64,000 nt of DNA from a virus (taxonomy: Duplodnaviria; Caudoviricetes): the IMG/VR virus record IMGVR_UViG_3300029288_005816, positions 1 to 64,000 of that record; one strand, given 5' to 3'. Shown here piece after piece: positions 1-9,325 of this stretch. Made by a program: the position numbers and the translations under genes. The notes under the pieces are model-generated. The model was not told where the DNA came from and did no database searches. It was given only the letters and a program-made list of their open reading frames with translations. How positions within the stretch are numbered: position 1 is the stretch's first letter; each line of letters opens with the position of its first letter.

Positions 1-198
1 GTCGATGGTTTGGCGAAGAGATTATCTCTTTCCAAGAAGATATATGATAATATTTATGAATGCAAGACGTGGAAAGAATTATATAAAGCATTCTCCACTG
101 CGAAAATGAGTGTTCGCAGGAAAGCAAATGATTTTGCTTTTTCAGAAACTTATCTGGAAAATGAAAAAAGCACAGTGAAAAAACTGTGCTTTCTATAA
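1..198 (+). CDS. 3' end of a gene entering from outside the window; function unknown
   Basis: Frame 1 is open from base 1 to the TAA at 196-198. Confidence 0.5.
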   Translation, partial: VDGLAKRLSLSKKIYDNIYECKTWKELYKAFSTAKMSVRRKANDFAFSETYLENEKSTVKKLCFL

Positions 199-206
199 TT
201 TTCTAT

Positions 207-290
207 TTATTTTCTAATTCCAGCATTGGAACTGCAATAAGAGCATTCGTTGGGACAATAATCGGTAATTTCAATTGTTATTTCTTTCAT
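207..290 (-). pseudogene. 27-aa radical SAM N-terminal stub (MKEITIEITDYCPNECSYCSSNAGIRK)
   Basis: Hand translation; EIT-x-CxxxCxxC motif; ATGA overlap with upstream gene; stops after 27 codons. Confidence 0.55.
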
Positions 291-901
291 TTTTTTAAAT
301 AAACTATTCTATAATTATATTCAACACAACTTCCTATTGAAAAATGATGCCACAAACCATCCTTACAATATTTATTTTTAAACAAATAAATAATGTTTCC
401 GTCTGATATAAATCTTTCTATGTCTTTTCTCTTGCAAAATTCCACTTCATAAGGCTTAATTCTTTCTTTAAACCCAAGATGACGATTCATCATCTTGGAT
501 GAATCATATGTTATTTTCCCATCCTCATCAAATCCAAAATAATGCTTGTCTATTTCAATATATTCAAAATTAAAATTCAAGGTATCATTTTTTTCAAATC
601 TTTCAAGTACAGGAGAATACATAGCTTTATGCTTATCTTCTATTTCATTGACTGTATTATATTTCTTCGTTTTTATTCTTTCATTCCACACATTAATCAT
701 AATACTTACTTGCATTCCAATTAAATAAAAACATTCTGCACCATATTTGGAGCTAATTGAGAAAAAATTTTCATCTCCTGATTTTTTGTCAAAATGTACA
801 GTACATTCGAATTTAGAATTTTGTTTAATATTAGTTTCAACTAGTTCTTTAACTAAAGTTTGTGGAATATAATCTGGTAAAGTTATATATATTGTTTCCA
901 T
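287..901 (-). CDS. hypothetical protein
   Basis: 204-aa ORF in tightly packed minus-strand operon. Confidence 0.75.
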   Translation of the reverse strand: METIYITLPDYIPQTLVKELVETNIKQNSKFECTVHFDKKSGDENFFSISSKYGAECFYLIGMQVSIMINVWNERIKTKKYNTVNEIEDKHKAMYSPVLERFEKNDTLNFNFEYIEIDKHYFGFDEDGKITYDSSKMMNRHLGFKERIKPYEVEFCKRKDIERFISDGNIIYLFKNKYCKDGLWHHFSIGSCVEYNYRIVYLKK

Positions 902-907
902 AATTTT

Positions 908-1267
908 TTAAAATATAAAAATTCCTACCATTAAGAGCATTAGTAATAAACTTACTGTAATTAAATTCAAAATTTTTTGCATTCTTTTCTCTTCAATTTC
1001 CAAGATTTCTTTATCATCTATAATATTTTTAAGCAAAGATTTGTTAAATTTAGAAAGTAAGTCATGGAAGAAGCATTTGTAATATGAAATCCCTAGTAAT
1101 GGTAATAAAACAAATTTTACTATAAACGAAATGAAATTAGGTTCATACTTTATAACAACGTCTGCAGTTTCTGAAGTGGGTTTAATTAAAAAAAGTGATG
1201 ATAAAATAAACAAAAACACTGCATAATAAATTGCAATTGGCAAATAATAATAAAAGATTTTTTTCAT
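908..1267 (-). CDS. hypothetical membrane protein
   Basis: About 3 hydrophobic segments. Confidence 0.7.
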   Translation of the reverse strand: MKKIFYYYLPIAIYYAVFLFILSSLFLIKPTSETADVVIKYEPNFISFIVKFVLLPLLGISYYKCFFHDLLSKFNKSLLKNIIDDKEILEIEEKRMQKILNLITVSLLLMLLMVGIFIF

Positions 1268-1328
1268 ATATATTAATTTTAATTATTGGTTTCATTTTTT
1301 ATTCATGGTGCCATATCCATTCATAAAA

Positions 1329-1359
1329 CAAAAATACAAATAAAAAAAACAATATCAAA
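1329..1359 (-). promoter_or_regulatory. Bacteroidota housekeeping-type promoter
   Basis: Minus strand TTTG-N19-TATTTTTG matches the -33/-7 consensus TTTG...TAnnTTTG. Confidence 0.6.
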
Positions 1360-1364
1360 AAAAA

Positions 1365-1880
1365 TTATTTTTTCTTTGGTTTAAAAAACATTAGCATTTT
1401 TGTTCCTTCCATTTTTGGAATAGCTTCTGGAACCCCATAATTTTCTAATGCATCAACTAATTTTTTTAAAAGCTCTGCCCCTTGATTTTGATAAGCCATT
1501 TCTCTTCCTTTAAAGAAGATTACAACTTTTAATCTGTCTCCTTTAGAAAGAAAGTTTTGAGCATGTTTAACTTTAAAATTAAAATCATGTTCATCAGTCT
1601 TCGGCCTGAACCTTAGTTCCTTTATTTCTATTTTATCTGGTTTTTTATCATTTTTTCTTTTATCATAAAGAAATTTCTGATAATCCATAATCTTGCATAT
1701 GCAAGGAGTTAAAGATGCATTAATTTCCACCAAATCTAGTCCCATTTCATCAGCAAGCTTAATTGCTTCTTGTATAGGATAGATATCCATTTTTACATTA
1801 TCTCCAACAAGTTTTACTTGTGGGACTCTTATTTGATTGTTTATTCTTAATTTGTTTTCTTCTTTTCTTTTATTATTCAT
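1365..1880 (-). CDS. infC: translation initiation factor IF-3
   Basis: RINNQIRVPQVKLVG, GLDLVEI, CKIMDYQKFLY, KELRFRPKTDEHDF, GDRLKVVIFFKGRE; start set at MNNKRK (1880). Confidence 0.95.
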   Translation of the reverse strand: MNNKRKEENKLRINNQIRVPQVKLVGDNVKMDIYPIQEAIKLADEMGLDLVEINASLTPCICKIMDYQKFLYDKRKNDKKPDKIEIKELRFRPKTDEHDFNFKVKHAQNFLSKGDRLKVVIFFKGREMAYQNQGAELLKKLVDALENYGVPEAIPKMEGTKMLMFFKPKKK

Positions 1881-1884
1881 ATTT

Positions 1885-2349
1885 TTATAGAAGTGGTAAA
1901 TTTCCTGTAATTTTATCAATTTCTTCAGCCCAATATGGACCAATTGCTATGCAAGTATTAGTAGGAACTCCATTGAATTCTGTTAATCCAGCGTCAGTTA
2001 TCAAAACAGTCGGCATATTTTCACTTTTGGCTTTTTGATATATTTCCAGAAGTTCCTTTTCATCTTTGCAATAAACACATATCTTTGTAAAGCGTCCATT
2101 AATCCATTTATCCCAGGGAGAATTTTTTTTGTATGCAAAAAACAAAGTGCCATATCCACACTTTTTTAATATCCAAAACAGAAAGCGAATTATAGTGAAT
2201 ATAATTCCTTTTTGTTTTATTCGCATTGTATTAAGCACAACTCCCAAACTCCCATGCGAGCCTTGAGCTATAGCTTTTCCCTGCCTCATTTTTAAATCCT
2301 TGCGAACAACTAGAACTTGTTTGCAACTGTTATTTTCTTTATTACTCAT
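1885..2349 (-). CDS. pth2: peptidyl-tRNA hydrolase type 2
   Basis: KQVLVVRKDLKMRQGKAIAQGSH, ITDAGLTEF, TCIAIGP, IDKITGNLPLL. Confidence 0.92.
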   Translation of the reverse strand: MSNKENNSCKQVLVVRKDLKMRQGKAIAQGSHGSLGVVLNTMRIKQKGIIFTIIRFLFWILKKCGYGTLFFAYKKNSPWDKWINGRFTKICVYCKDEKELLEIYQKAKSENMPTVLITDAGLTEFNGVPTNTCIAIGPYWAEEIDKITGNLPLL

Positions 2350-2525
2350 TGTATTTATTTTTTGTGTCTTTCTAAATTATTTCCTAATAAAGACATAAAT
2401 ATAATTAATGCTAATTCCCAGCCATAAAGTACCCAAGCCAGTACAATTGCTGTTAATGTAATAGCAGCACCAATTAAATTTATTATTATTGTTATTTTAA
2501 TATTTTTTTTCATTATACATTAAAT

Positions 2526-3431
2526 TTATAATTTTGTTGCAATCATTGTGTAGTTGTTAAGATAACAATGTATTATTTTAAAATCCATATTAAGTTCCTT
2601 AAATATTTTTTCAATTTCTTCAAGTTTGTTTATTCTCGTAAATTGTCCAAAATATTGAGTATAGCAGTTTCCAGATTTATCCCTAACTCCAAAAAGAGTT
2701 TCATAATTTCCTTCTTTATCTTTAATAATGATATTTTTATTTTTTTCTGACAATACGAACATTGAAAAAATAAATTTTCCACCAACTTTTAATTTGTTCT
2801 TTATTTGTTTATAATAGTTCATTCTTTGCTCTGGAGTCAAATGCTGAAAAACATTTATAGAATAGATAATGTCTAATTCATTAGGAATAATTTTTGGAAT
2901 ACTTTTTCCATCTGTTTTGTATAATCTTCTAAATTTAAAAAGAGGATGAATATCAATTGCATAATAATTTTTTAAATTATGATTTAATGCTAAATATTGA
3001 GTTAATGACCCATGGCCAGGTCCAATTTCCAATATTTTTGCATTTTGATTTTTTTCAAAAACATCATCAAGCTCTTTAATTGCCCCACAAGGTTTATGAA
3101 GATTTTCAATTATTTTCTCATTTAATTCTATTTTATCTTTATTATCCTCTCCAGAGATTGCTCCTAAAGAAAACATATCTGTTGCTTTTTTCCAAAAATA
3201 CCGATTGTCTATTTTATTTGGGGAAAAAGTATTAAGAATACTTTTTGGATAAATACTCATATTACTAAGAAACTTTATCTTTTTACTCATTTTCTTGGTT
3301 ATAATAGTTGTATCTGCCCTATTCCCATCTTTCAATCGAGTTTCACTTTCTTTCATTTCTCTGTAATGTTCAAAATATAAATCTATCTTTTTTTTGTTCA
3401 TTCGCATTAGAATCTTCTGCTTAGTATTCAT
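2526..3431 (-). CDS. class I SAM-dependent methyltransferase
   Basis: ILEIGPGHG motif I, DIIYSINVFQH, LKVGGKFIF. Confidence 0.8.
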   Translation of the reverse strand: MNTKQKILMRMNKKKIDLYFEHYREMKESETRLKDGNRADTTIITKKMSKKIKFLSNMSIYPKSILNTFSPNKIDNRYFWKKATDMFSLGAISGEDNKDKIELNEKIIENLHKPCGAIKELDDVFEKNQNAKILEIGPGHGSLTQYLALNHNLKNYYAIDIHPLFKFRRLYKTDGKSIPKIIPNELDIIYSINVFQHLTPEQRMNYYKQIKNKLKVGGKFIFSMFVLSEKNKNIIIKDKEGNYETLFGVRDKSGNCYTQYFGQFTRINKLEEIEKIFKELNMDFKIIHCYLNNYTMIATKL

Positions 3432-3433
3432 AA

Positions 3434-3907
3434 TTAAATCTCCTCAATATTAGTTATTTCAATTTTTTTTACAGCCAGTTTATCTTTAAATATAAGTTTG
3501 GACAACTCAAAAAAAGCATTGCTTTTTACAATATCTAAACTAGGAGCAACTAGTTCAAAATTTCCCACTCCTTCAGGAGTTTCATTAAAGTCTTTTGTAT
3601 AAAATGAATGAGAAAAGAATATTCTAAACCTCTTTGTTTCTCCAATTAAAATTGAATTTGAAAGTAGTTTACCACTTTCGTTATATTCTTTAAAGACATC
3701 AGATTCATAATATTCATCAACATCTTTAAAATGCAAAATTTCTTTAACAATGTATTTAAAGAGATTATCTCTAAACACAGTGTCATTAAACCCCCATTGT
3801 CTTCCAGTGGCCGCAATGTTATCTGGAATTTTTTTCATTAAAAGTTCGGATTCTTGCTCATCCAAATTAAATGGTAAGTCATCCATTGAAATAATTCTAG
3901 TGCTCAT
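3434..3907 (-). CDS. hypothetical protein
   Basis: 157-aa ORF, operonic. Confidence 0.7.
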   Translation of the reverse strand: MSTRIISMDDLPFNLDEQESELLMKKIPDNIAATGRQWGFNDTVFRDNLFKYIVKEILHFKDVDEYYESDVFKEYNESGKLLSNSILIGETKRFRIFFSHSFYTKDFNETPEGVGNFELVAPSLDIVKSNAFFELSKLIFKDKLAVKKIEITNIEEI

Positions 3908-4382
3908 CTTTGTTATTATTTAATTTTTTTTCAATATTATATACAATCATCTTTTTCTTATAATTCAAAATAATTTTTCTAAATTTTAAACCAAGTTTAT
4001 TAATCTCATCAATTTTTCTTCTTATTGTTACAGAGTCTCTTTGTTTACTTGCTTTACTAGAATCATCATCTATAAAATTATCAATACACTTGTCAACCTG
4101 CAGTTGCAATTGTTTTATTTCTTTAAATATTTTTTTAATTTCCAAAATGTCTTGAGTAAACTTTTTTTTCTTTCTTTCTGTACATCCTGGGCATACATCT
4201 CCAAGATGAATCCTGGCATTAATGGTGGCTTTCCAATTACATCCACATTTTTTATTATGACATTTCCACCAATATTTCTTCCTAGAAATTCGCCTTACTG
4301 CGCTTGGATTTATTTTACCATTTAAAGTTGGATGCCAATCAGCAAATATTTTTGGATATTCCTTTTTTATACTACGAGGCAT
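3897..4382 (-). CDS. zinc-ribbon (DUF4379-like) domain protein with basic helical C-terminus
   Basis: WHPTLNG...KYWWKC..CGCNWKATINAR..CPGC. Confidence 0.65.
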   Translation of the reverse strand: MPRSIKKEYPKIFADWHPTLNGKINPSAVRRISRKKYWWKCHNKKCGCNWKATINARIHLGDVCPGCTERKKKKFTQDILEIKKIFKEIKQLQLQVDKCIDNFIDDDSSKASKQRDSVTIRRKIDEINKLGLKFRKIILNYKKKMIVYNIEKKLNNNKDEH

Positions 4383-4383
4383 A

Positions 4384-5565
4384 TTATACTTTGTTTATTA
4401 TAAACAACCCTAACTTCTTACACCCATAAACCAAATCAGATAATAATATTTCAAACATTTTTTTGTTATCTTCACTATCTCTAATAATGTGACTTGTATA
4501 AAGCAAGTTTATTTCTTTGCAATGATTAACTAACGCTTCAAATAAAAAATTTGGTCTCAAATTTATTTTAGATTTTAAATATGCAAATTCCAAGTCTTTT
4601 GAATTAAATGTTTCGCTTATTTTTAACTCACATCCAGCACTATTTAAACGAGCCATAGTATAACTCAAATAAAGTCCTGCAGAATTTTTTGTATTGCTAA
4701 TTATATCCAAATTTATTGATTTGTCTACATCTGGATTTGATTTTAAAATCAAACCAGCAAAAACATTATATATCAATTGTATGTTATTATTAAAATCCTC
4801 TGATATTAATTCAATAAAATCCTCAATCAATATTACATTTCCAAGTCTACTAGACATTTTCTTTCCCGATACTTTTACCAGCCCCAAACCAATATGATGA
4901 ATGTATGGAAATAATTTTTTTAATAATTCAAAATGATTACACTGTTCCTTACCAGTTAAATAAAGTGTTGAAGAATTTAACATTTCAGCAAGCGAAACAT
5001 CTTGATAAAAATATGATGTTTGCCCTGTATTTTTAATCCCAACAACTTTATCTTCTCCAATCTCAAAGATTTTGGTTCCTTCATAATCTCCACTTCCATT
5101 TTTAAGCAAGGTACCATTATATTTCATTTCTGATGCCATAATAGATTTGTGAGGAAAAAAATGAAAATCTTTCTGATATTTCTGCAATAACATTATCGCA
5201 TCTTCTTTTTTAACTTCTCCATCTAAAGTATCACCATAAATACTAACAGTTTTTTCACAAATTCCGAGTGACTCAAAAGCTTTCGCTATTACTAAATTTG
5301 AAAAATGCCCAATATGCAATTTTTTATTAAGATTTGGGCTAAACCCATCCATCCATTCAAATTGCTTTGCATCTAAAAAAACTTCAGATAGTTTAACTTC
5401 ATTTGGAATAATAATGTTAGTATATTTTTCAGTAGTAGTTGTTTTAAATGAATTACAATCAACCCACTCTTGAACTTCTTCCTCTGGAGTCCCATAAAAA
5501 CATAATTTAAAATCATTACTTATTGATTTTGGTACTACTTTTATTTTATTTATGTCAATTTTCAT
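4384..5565 (-). CDS. argS: arginyl-tRNA synthetase-like protein (shortened)
   Basis: SPNLNKKLHIGH (HIGH), YLTGKEQCNHF, KMSSRLG (KMSKS), YLSYTMARLNS (DALR domain); start at 5565 gives ATGA overlap. Confidence 0.85.
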   Translation of the reverse strand: MKIDINKIKVVPKSISNDFKLCFYGTPEEEVQEWVDCNSFKTTTTEKYTNIIIPNEVKLSEVFLDAKQFEWMDGFSPNLNKKLHIGHFSNLVIAKAFESLGICEKTVSIYGDTLDGEVKKEDAIMLLQKYQKDFHFFPHKSIMASEMKYNGTLLKNGSGDYEGTKIFEIGEDKVVGIKNTGQTSYFYQDVSLAEMLNSSTLYLTGKEQCNHFELLKKLFPYIHHIGLGLVKVSGKKMSSRLGNVILIEDFIELISEDFNNNIQLIYNVFAGLILKSNPDVDKSINLDIISNTKNSAGLYLSYTMARLNSAGCELKISETFNSKDLEFAYLKSKINLRPNFLFEALVNHCKEINLLYTSHIIRDSEDNKKMFEILLSDLVYGCKKLGLFIINKV

Positions 5566-5903
5566 ATATTCCATAATATTTCAAAAGGAATTGCATTAAT
5601 TATTTTTAATGATGATGGATTTTGCATAATTTTTTGAACCATTTCTGATTTACTAATAATTTCCTTTATCCAAAATATAGATTTTGTTCCTGGTCTTCCA
5701 TCCTTACAACTTCCTGATATGCCAACTACAGTATATCCACCACCTTGGTAGAATATCACTTCTCCTTTTGGTAGATTATTTGTAAGGTCTTCTGGGTGAA
5801 AAGGTAAATCTCTAAAAGATATTCCCAAGTTAGTCATTCTATCATTTTCAAGTGACCACCTATAGTGACCATATTCTGTTAAATTAGTACCAAAGTATTC
5901 CAT
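5562..5903 (-). CDS. hypothetical protein
   Basis: 113-aa ORF, operonic. Confidence 0.7.
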   Translation of the reverse strand: MEYFGTNLTEYGHYRWSLENDRMTNLGISFRDLPFHPEDLTNNLPKGEVIFYQGGGYTVVGISGSCKDGRPGTKSIFWIKEIISKSEMVQKIMQNPSSLKIINAIPFEILWNI

Positions 5904-5908
5904 TTTTT

Positions 5909-6112
5909 CTATTTTTTAAATTCTTCTTTTATAAAGTCAACTGTTTCCTCGTCTAGCCTCTGCAACAATCTAACAAATATGCCATGTTCCATACATATTT
6001 TCACAATTTCATATGAACTAACTCCCAATTCATCAGCTAATTCTACAACTGTTAATAATGGTTTAGAAAAATCAAATGGCTCTTTATTTGTATACCCTAA
6101 ATCTAATGTCAT
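5909..6112 (-). CDS. stand-alone IF-2 N-terminal-like winged-helix protein
   Basis: LTVVELADELGVSSYEIVKIC...RLDEETVDFIKEEF resembles the IF2_N repeat. Confidence 0.65.
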   Translation of the reverse strand: MTLDLGYTNKEPFDFSKPLLTVVELADELGVSSYEIVKICMEHGIFVRLLQRLDEETVDFIKEEFKK

Positions 6113-6235
6113 AATTACAATTTATTTTTACAACGAACAAAGTAAACATATTAAAATGCACATTATTATTATAAATAATGTCATTTTATCATTATTTTCG
6201 TATATTTCACTCATGCTTTGTAATTTTTCAAAACA

Positions 6236-6267
6236 CAAATATATAAAAAGTTTTTCAACTTTCCAAA
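6236..6267 (-). promoter_or_regulatory. Bacteroidota housekeeping-type promoter
   Basis: TTTG-N20-TATATTTG. Confidence 0.6.
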
Positions 6268-6299
6268 TTGATAAAAATTAAAAATTTTGATTAGTGAAT

Positions 6300-6647
6300 T
6301 TAATAAATTATGACCTTTATTTTTAATCTATACTTATTTGCTAGGTCAATCATATGTTTTGTTCCCTTACTTTTCCCATCCCAAAATGCAATTAAAGCAT
6401 CAGCATATTGTGCCATCTCTTCGTTTCTCTTATATCCAGCGCTTCTTCCCATATTCCAATTGGCAGGAAATCGCTTTATTGTATATCCTTTTTTCTCTGC
6501 ATATTTTTCTCCAAGCTTGTCAGCTCCATTGGCTGTTCCACTTACTATTTCAATTTCAGATTGTAAACTTAATGCTTTATCACAAATTTGACAAAGCAAG
6601 TTATAATCATTAAATGTTCTTCCGCCTGCAATTATTACTTTTATCAT
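6300..6647 (-). CDS. SLOG-family (DUF2493/YspA-like) protein
   Basis: VIIAGGRTF, IVSGTANGADKLGE, AGYKRNEEMA, AFWDGKSKGTKHMI. Confidence 0.85.
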   Translation of the reverse strand: MIKVIIAGGRTFNDYNLLCQICDKALSLQSEIEIVSGTANGADKLGEKYAEKKGYTIKRFPANWNMGRSAGYKRNEEMAQYADALIAFWDGKSKGTKHMIDLANKYRLKIKVIIY

Positions 6648-7090
6648 TAGCTGTTTTCCCTTATATCTCTTTTTATGTCTTTCTCCTTTAGGGATAATCT
6701 TTTATCATATAACTTTTTCCCCCTTGCTAGAGCTATAACAACTTTCACAAGCCCCCTTTCATTAACAAAAAGCTTTATTGGAACAATTGTAAGTCCCTTT
6801 TCTGAGGTTTTTTCTTTAAGCCTTTTTATTTCTTTTTTTGTTAAAAGAAGTTTCCTTTCTCTTTTAGGTTCGTGCTGATTATAGCTTGTATTTTTATATT
6901 CAGAAATGTGTAAGTTCTTAAGGAAAATTTCATTGTCTTTTATATAACAAAAAGAATCTGTAAAACTAGCAGCTCCATTTCTTATTGATTTCACTTCTGA
7001 CCCAGAAAGAACAATTCCCGATATGAGCTCTTCTATAAAAGTAAATTCAAAATTGGCTTTTTTATTTTTTATACTAATATTATTTTTCAT
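6647..7090 (-). CDS. smpB: SsrA-binding protein
   Basis: NKKANFEF, GIVLSGSEVKSIR, HEPKRERKLLL, KGLTIVP, LARGKKLYDKR. Confidence 0.95.
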   Translation of the reverse strand: MKNNISIKNKKANFEFTFIEELISGIVLSGSEVKSIRNGAASFTDSFCYIKDNEIFLKNLHISEYKNTSYNQHEPKRERKLLLTKKEIKRLKEKTSEKGLTIVPIKLFVNERGLVKVVIALARGKKLYDKRLSLKEKDIKRDIRENS

Positions 7091-7436
7091 TTTCTAATGT
7101 TTTCTCATACATTTTATATAAATAATCTACGGGGTGTTCTTTTTTAAGAGCAGAAAAATTCAGCATTTTTTTCATTAACATATCAATTATAAAAGCATGA
7201 TTATCTTTTGGATAAACTGTATTTAATCCTTCTGCTATTCTTTCAGGAATCTCTATAACACACAATTCAAACCAATGAATGCATGTTTCATCTCCGTCTT
7301 TTAAAAAAAAGCAACATTCAGTATTATCAAAATATTCTGCTATGTCATATTCTGGAAACAAATCATTACACATTTGCAATAATTTATTTTTTTGCTCATC
7401 TGTTAAATTTATTTTATTCATTTTTAACAAAAACAA
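7080..7436 (-). CDS. hypothetical protein
   Basis: ORF with HWFELC motif; true start may be slightly downstream. Confidence 0.65.
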   Translation of the reverse strand: MFLLKMNKINLTDEQKNKLLQMCNDLFPEYDIAEYFDNTECCFFLKDGDETCIHWFELCVIEIPERIAEGLNTVYPKDNHAFIIDMLMKKMLNFSALKKEHPVDYLYKMYEKTLENEK

Positions 7437-7725
7437 AATCTAATCTAGAATTATTTTTCATTTCTTCACATATCCTAAAAAAGAATTCATCACTTGTATA
7501 AATTCCAATGCTATTGCCAAAATCTGTTATTTGGGTTATACAATTTGGGAGATATACTGTTTGCTTTTCTTCTCGCTTAAACTGTATTCCACATACTAAT
7601 CCTGCGAACCCATATTCGGCACTTTCAATTTGGGAAACAACTTTATCTGGCAATTCTTGGAGCTTTTTTGATATTTTTTCAAATTCTTCAATAGTTTCAG
7701 CGGAAATTTTAGGTCTTTCGTTCAT
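7414..7725 (-). CDS. hypothetical protein
   Basis: Operonic ORF. Confidence 0.65.
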   Translation of the reverse strand: MNERPKISAETIEEFEKISKKLQELPDKVVSQIESAEYGFAGLVCGIQFKREEKQTVYLPNCITQITDFGNSIGIYTSDEFFFRICEEMKNNSRLDFVFVKNE

Positions 7726-7740
7726 ATTATATAAATTAAA

Positions 7741-8253
7741 TTATTTATTAAAATTATTTTTATTTTCAAAATTATCAATTTTTGATTTTGCTATCTCTGT
7801 AGCCTTTTCAAAATCCGCTTCTACAAAAGTAAACTTATCCTTAAGTTTATATCGAACAGCTTCTTTCATTTGGTAACTATTAATAATAAGCATACAATTA
7901 TTCATATATTTTTTATTTATTTCTTCTAATATAGCTTGCTCCGCTTTCTCTCTATTATTATAATTTTCTTTTATTATTTTTAAATATTCATTTTTGGTTA
8001 AAAAAAGTTTATTATAATCAATAATATTATTTAAGCAATCATTTGTAAAATCTATTATTTTTTTACAAAATTCATTATATTCATATTGAGGAATTGTAGA
8101 GTCTACATTAGATATCATAATATTTATATACTTCATTTTTTTCTGCCAAGTCTCATAATTTTCAACAAATTCCTCAGAAGAAGAGTCTTCAATACTTTTT
8201 TTTAAATCAAAAATCATTTGTTCTTTTATTTCTTTAATTTCTTTTTCATCCAT
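7741..8253 (-). CDS. hypothetical protein
   Basis: Operonic ORF. Confidence 0.65.
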   Translation of the reverse strand: MDEKEIKEIKEQMIFDLKKSIEDSSSEEFVENYETWQKKMKYINIMISNVDSTIPQYEYNEFCKKIIDFTNDCLNNIIDYNKLFLTKNEYLKIIKENYNNREKAEQAILEEINKKYMNNCMLIINSYQMKEAVRYKLKDKFTFVEADFEKATEIAKSKIDNFENKNNFNK

Positions 8254-8974
8254 AATTTTTAATATCCAATATTTTATTAACTAACTCTTTTTTTAAGATT
8301 CTAGAAAAATTTGACAATATTGTACCAAATATAATTACAAAAGCCGCAAATATTTTTAATTGAATCGGTGCGTTTAAAGCAATGATTACATAATAAAAAG
8401 CCCACCAAAAAGTAATCTCACATAATACAGCTGGCAATAATATAAAAATTATACATATATTCAATTGCTTTTTTGTTATTTTAGTTTCTTTATTAATATT
8501 TTCTATTGCACTTTCAAAGGATAATTTATTATTTTCATACTCTTTTCCTATCTCTTTTGTTCTTTTTAAAGCATTCATTATAAATGGTAATATTATAATT
8601 CCAGACAACATTTTTATAAGTGCAAATATGCATGCTACTACAATAAGAGAAAATGTAAAATTGCTTAAAGTTACATTAAAGCACAAATACATAATTAAAA
8701 ACCAAAAAACAAAAAATTGAATAATTGTAAAAATATAATGTGATGGTGTTGCTTTGTATTTTTCAATATTAATAATATATTTGTTTTCTAAAACACTAGT
8801 AATTAAATGTATAATAACCGAAAATATAGCAAGTGGAATAACAAGCCATGTAAAGTTTGCAAGATAAATAAGCCATAACAATAAGCTACAGATAAAAAAT
8901 ACTGACATCCCATCAAATATAGCTACTACTACAGGAATACTTTTAGTATCAATTTTTTTAAGAAATTTTAGCAT
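8246..8974 (-). CDS. hypothetical multi-pass membrane protein
   Basis: About 6 hydrophobic segments. Confidence 0.75.
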   Translation of the reverse strand: MLKFLKKIDTKSIPVVVAIFDGMSVFFICSLLLWLIYLANFTWLVIPLAIFSVIIHLITSVLENKYIINIEKYKATPSHYIFTIIQFFVFWFLIMYLCFNVTLSNFTFSLIVVACIFALIKMLSGIIILPFIMNALKRTKEIGKEYENNKLSFESAIENINKETKITKKQLNICIIFILLPAVLCEITFWWAFYYVIIALNAPIQLKIFAAFVIIFGTILSNFSRILKKELVNKILDIKNYG

Positions 8975-8991
8975 TTTAAATGTTTTTAATA

Positions 8992-9276
8992 TTAAGAAAA
9001 ATCATTGTATTCTATATACTTTCCATAGTCTTTTTCATATTCATTGATAAAGTTTCTTCTAATGGAAACCATATCATCAGCAAGTTCTCCTCCAAATTCT
9101 GCACTTCCTCGCAATAAAAAAATAGAGGCTTCGCAAGTTAAAATATTTTGCAATTTATTATGTTGCATCATAGATATAAGATTTTTGTCTCCTGTTTCAT
9201 TCCAATCTATTTCTTTATTTTCTGATTTAAGAAAATATTCTGATGCTACTATAATTTCGAAACTTCCATCATTCAT
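8992..9276 (-). CDS. hypothetical protein
   Basis: ORF directly downstream of promoter motif. Confidence 0.65.
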   Translation of the reverse strand: MNDGSFEIIVASEYFLKSENKEIDWNETGDKNLISMMQHNKLQNILTCEASIFLLRGSAEFGGELADDMVSIRRNFINEYEKDYGKYIEYNDFS

Positions 9277-9296
9277 AATTATAATCTTTTTATACT

Positions 9297-9320
9297 ATAC
9301 GAAATTTTTATAAAAAAGTT
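9297..9320 (-). promoter_or_regulatory. ECF-like promoter AAC-N16-CGTAT
   Basis: One of 13 copies with identical spacing. Confidence 0.7.
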
Positions 9321-9325
9321 TTAAT

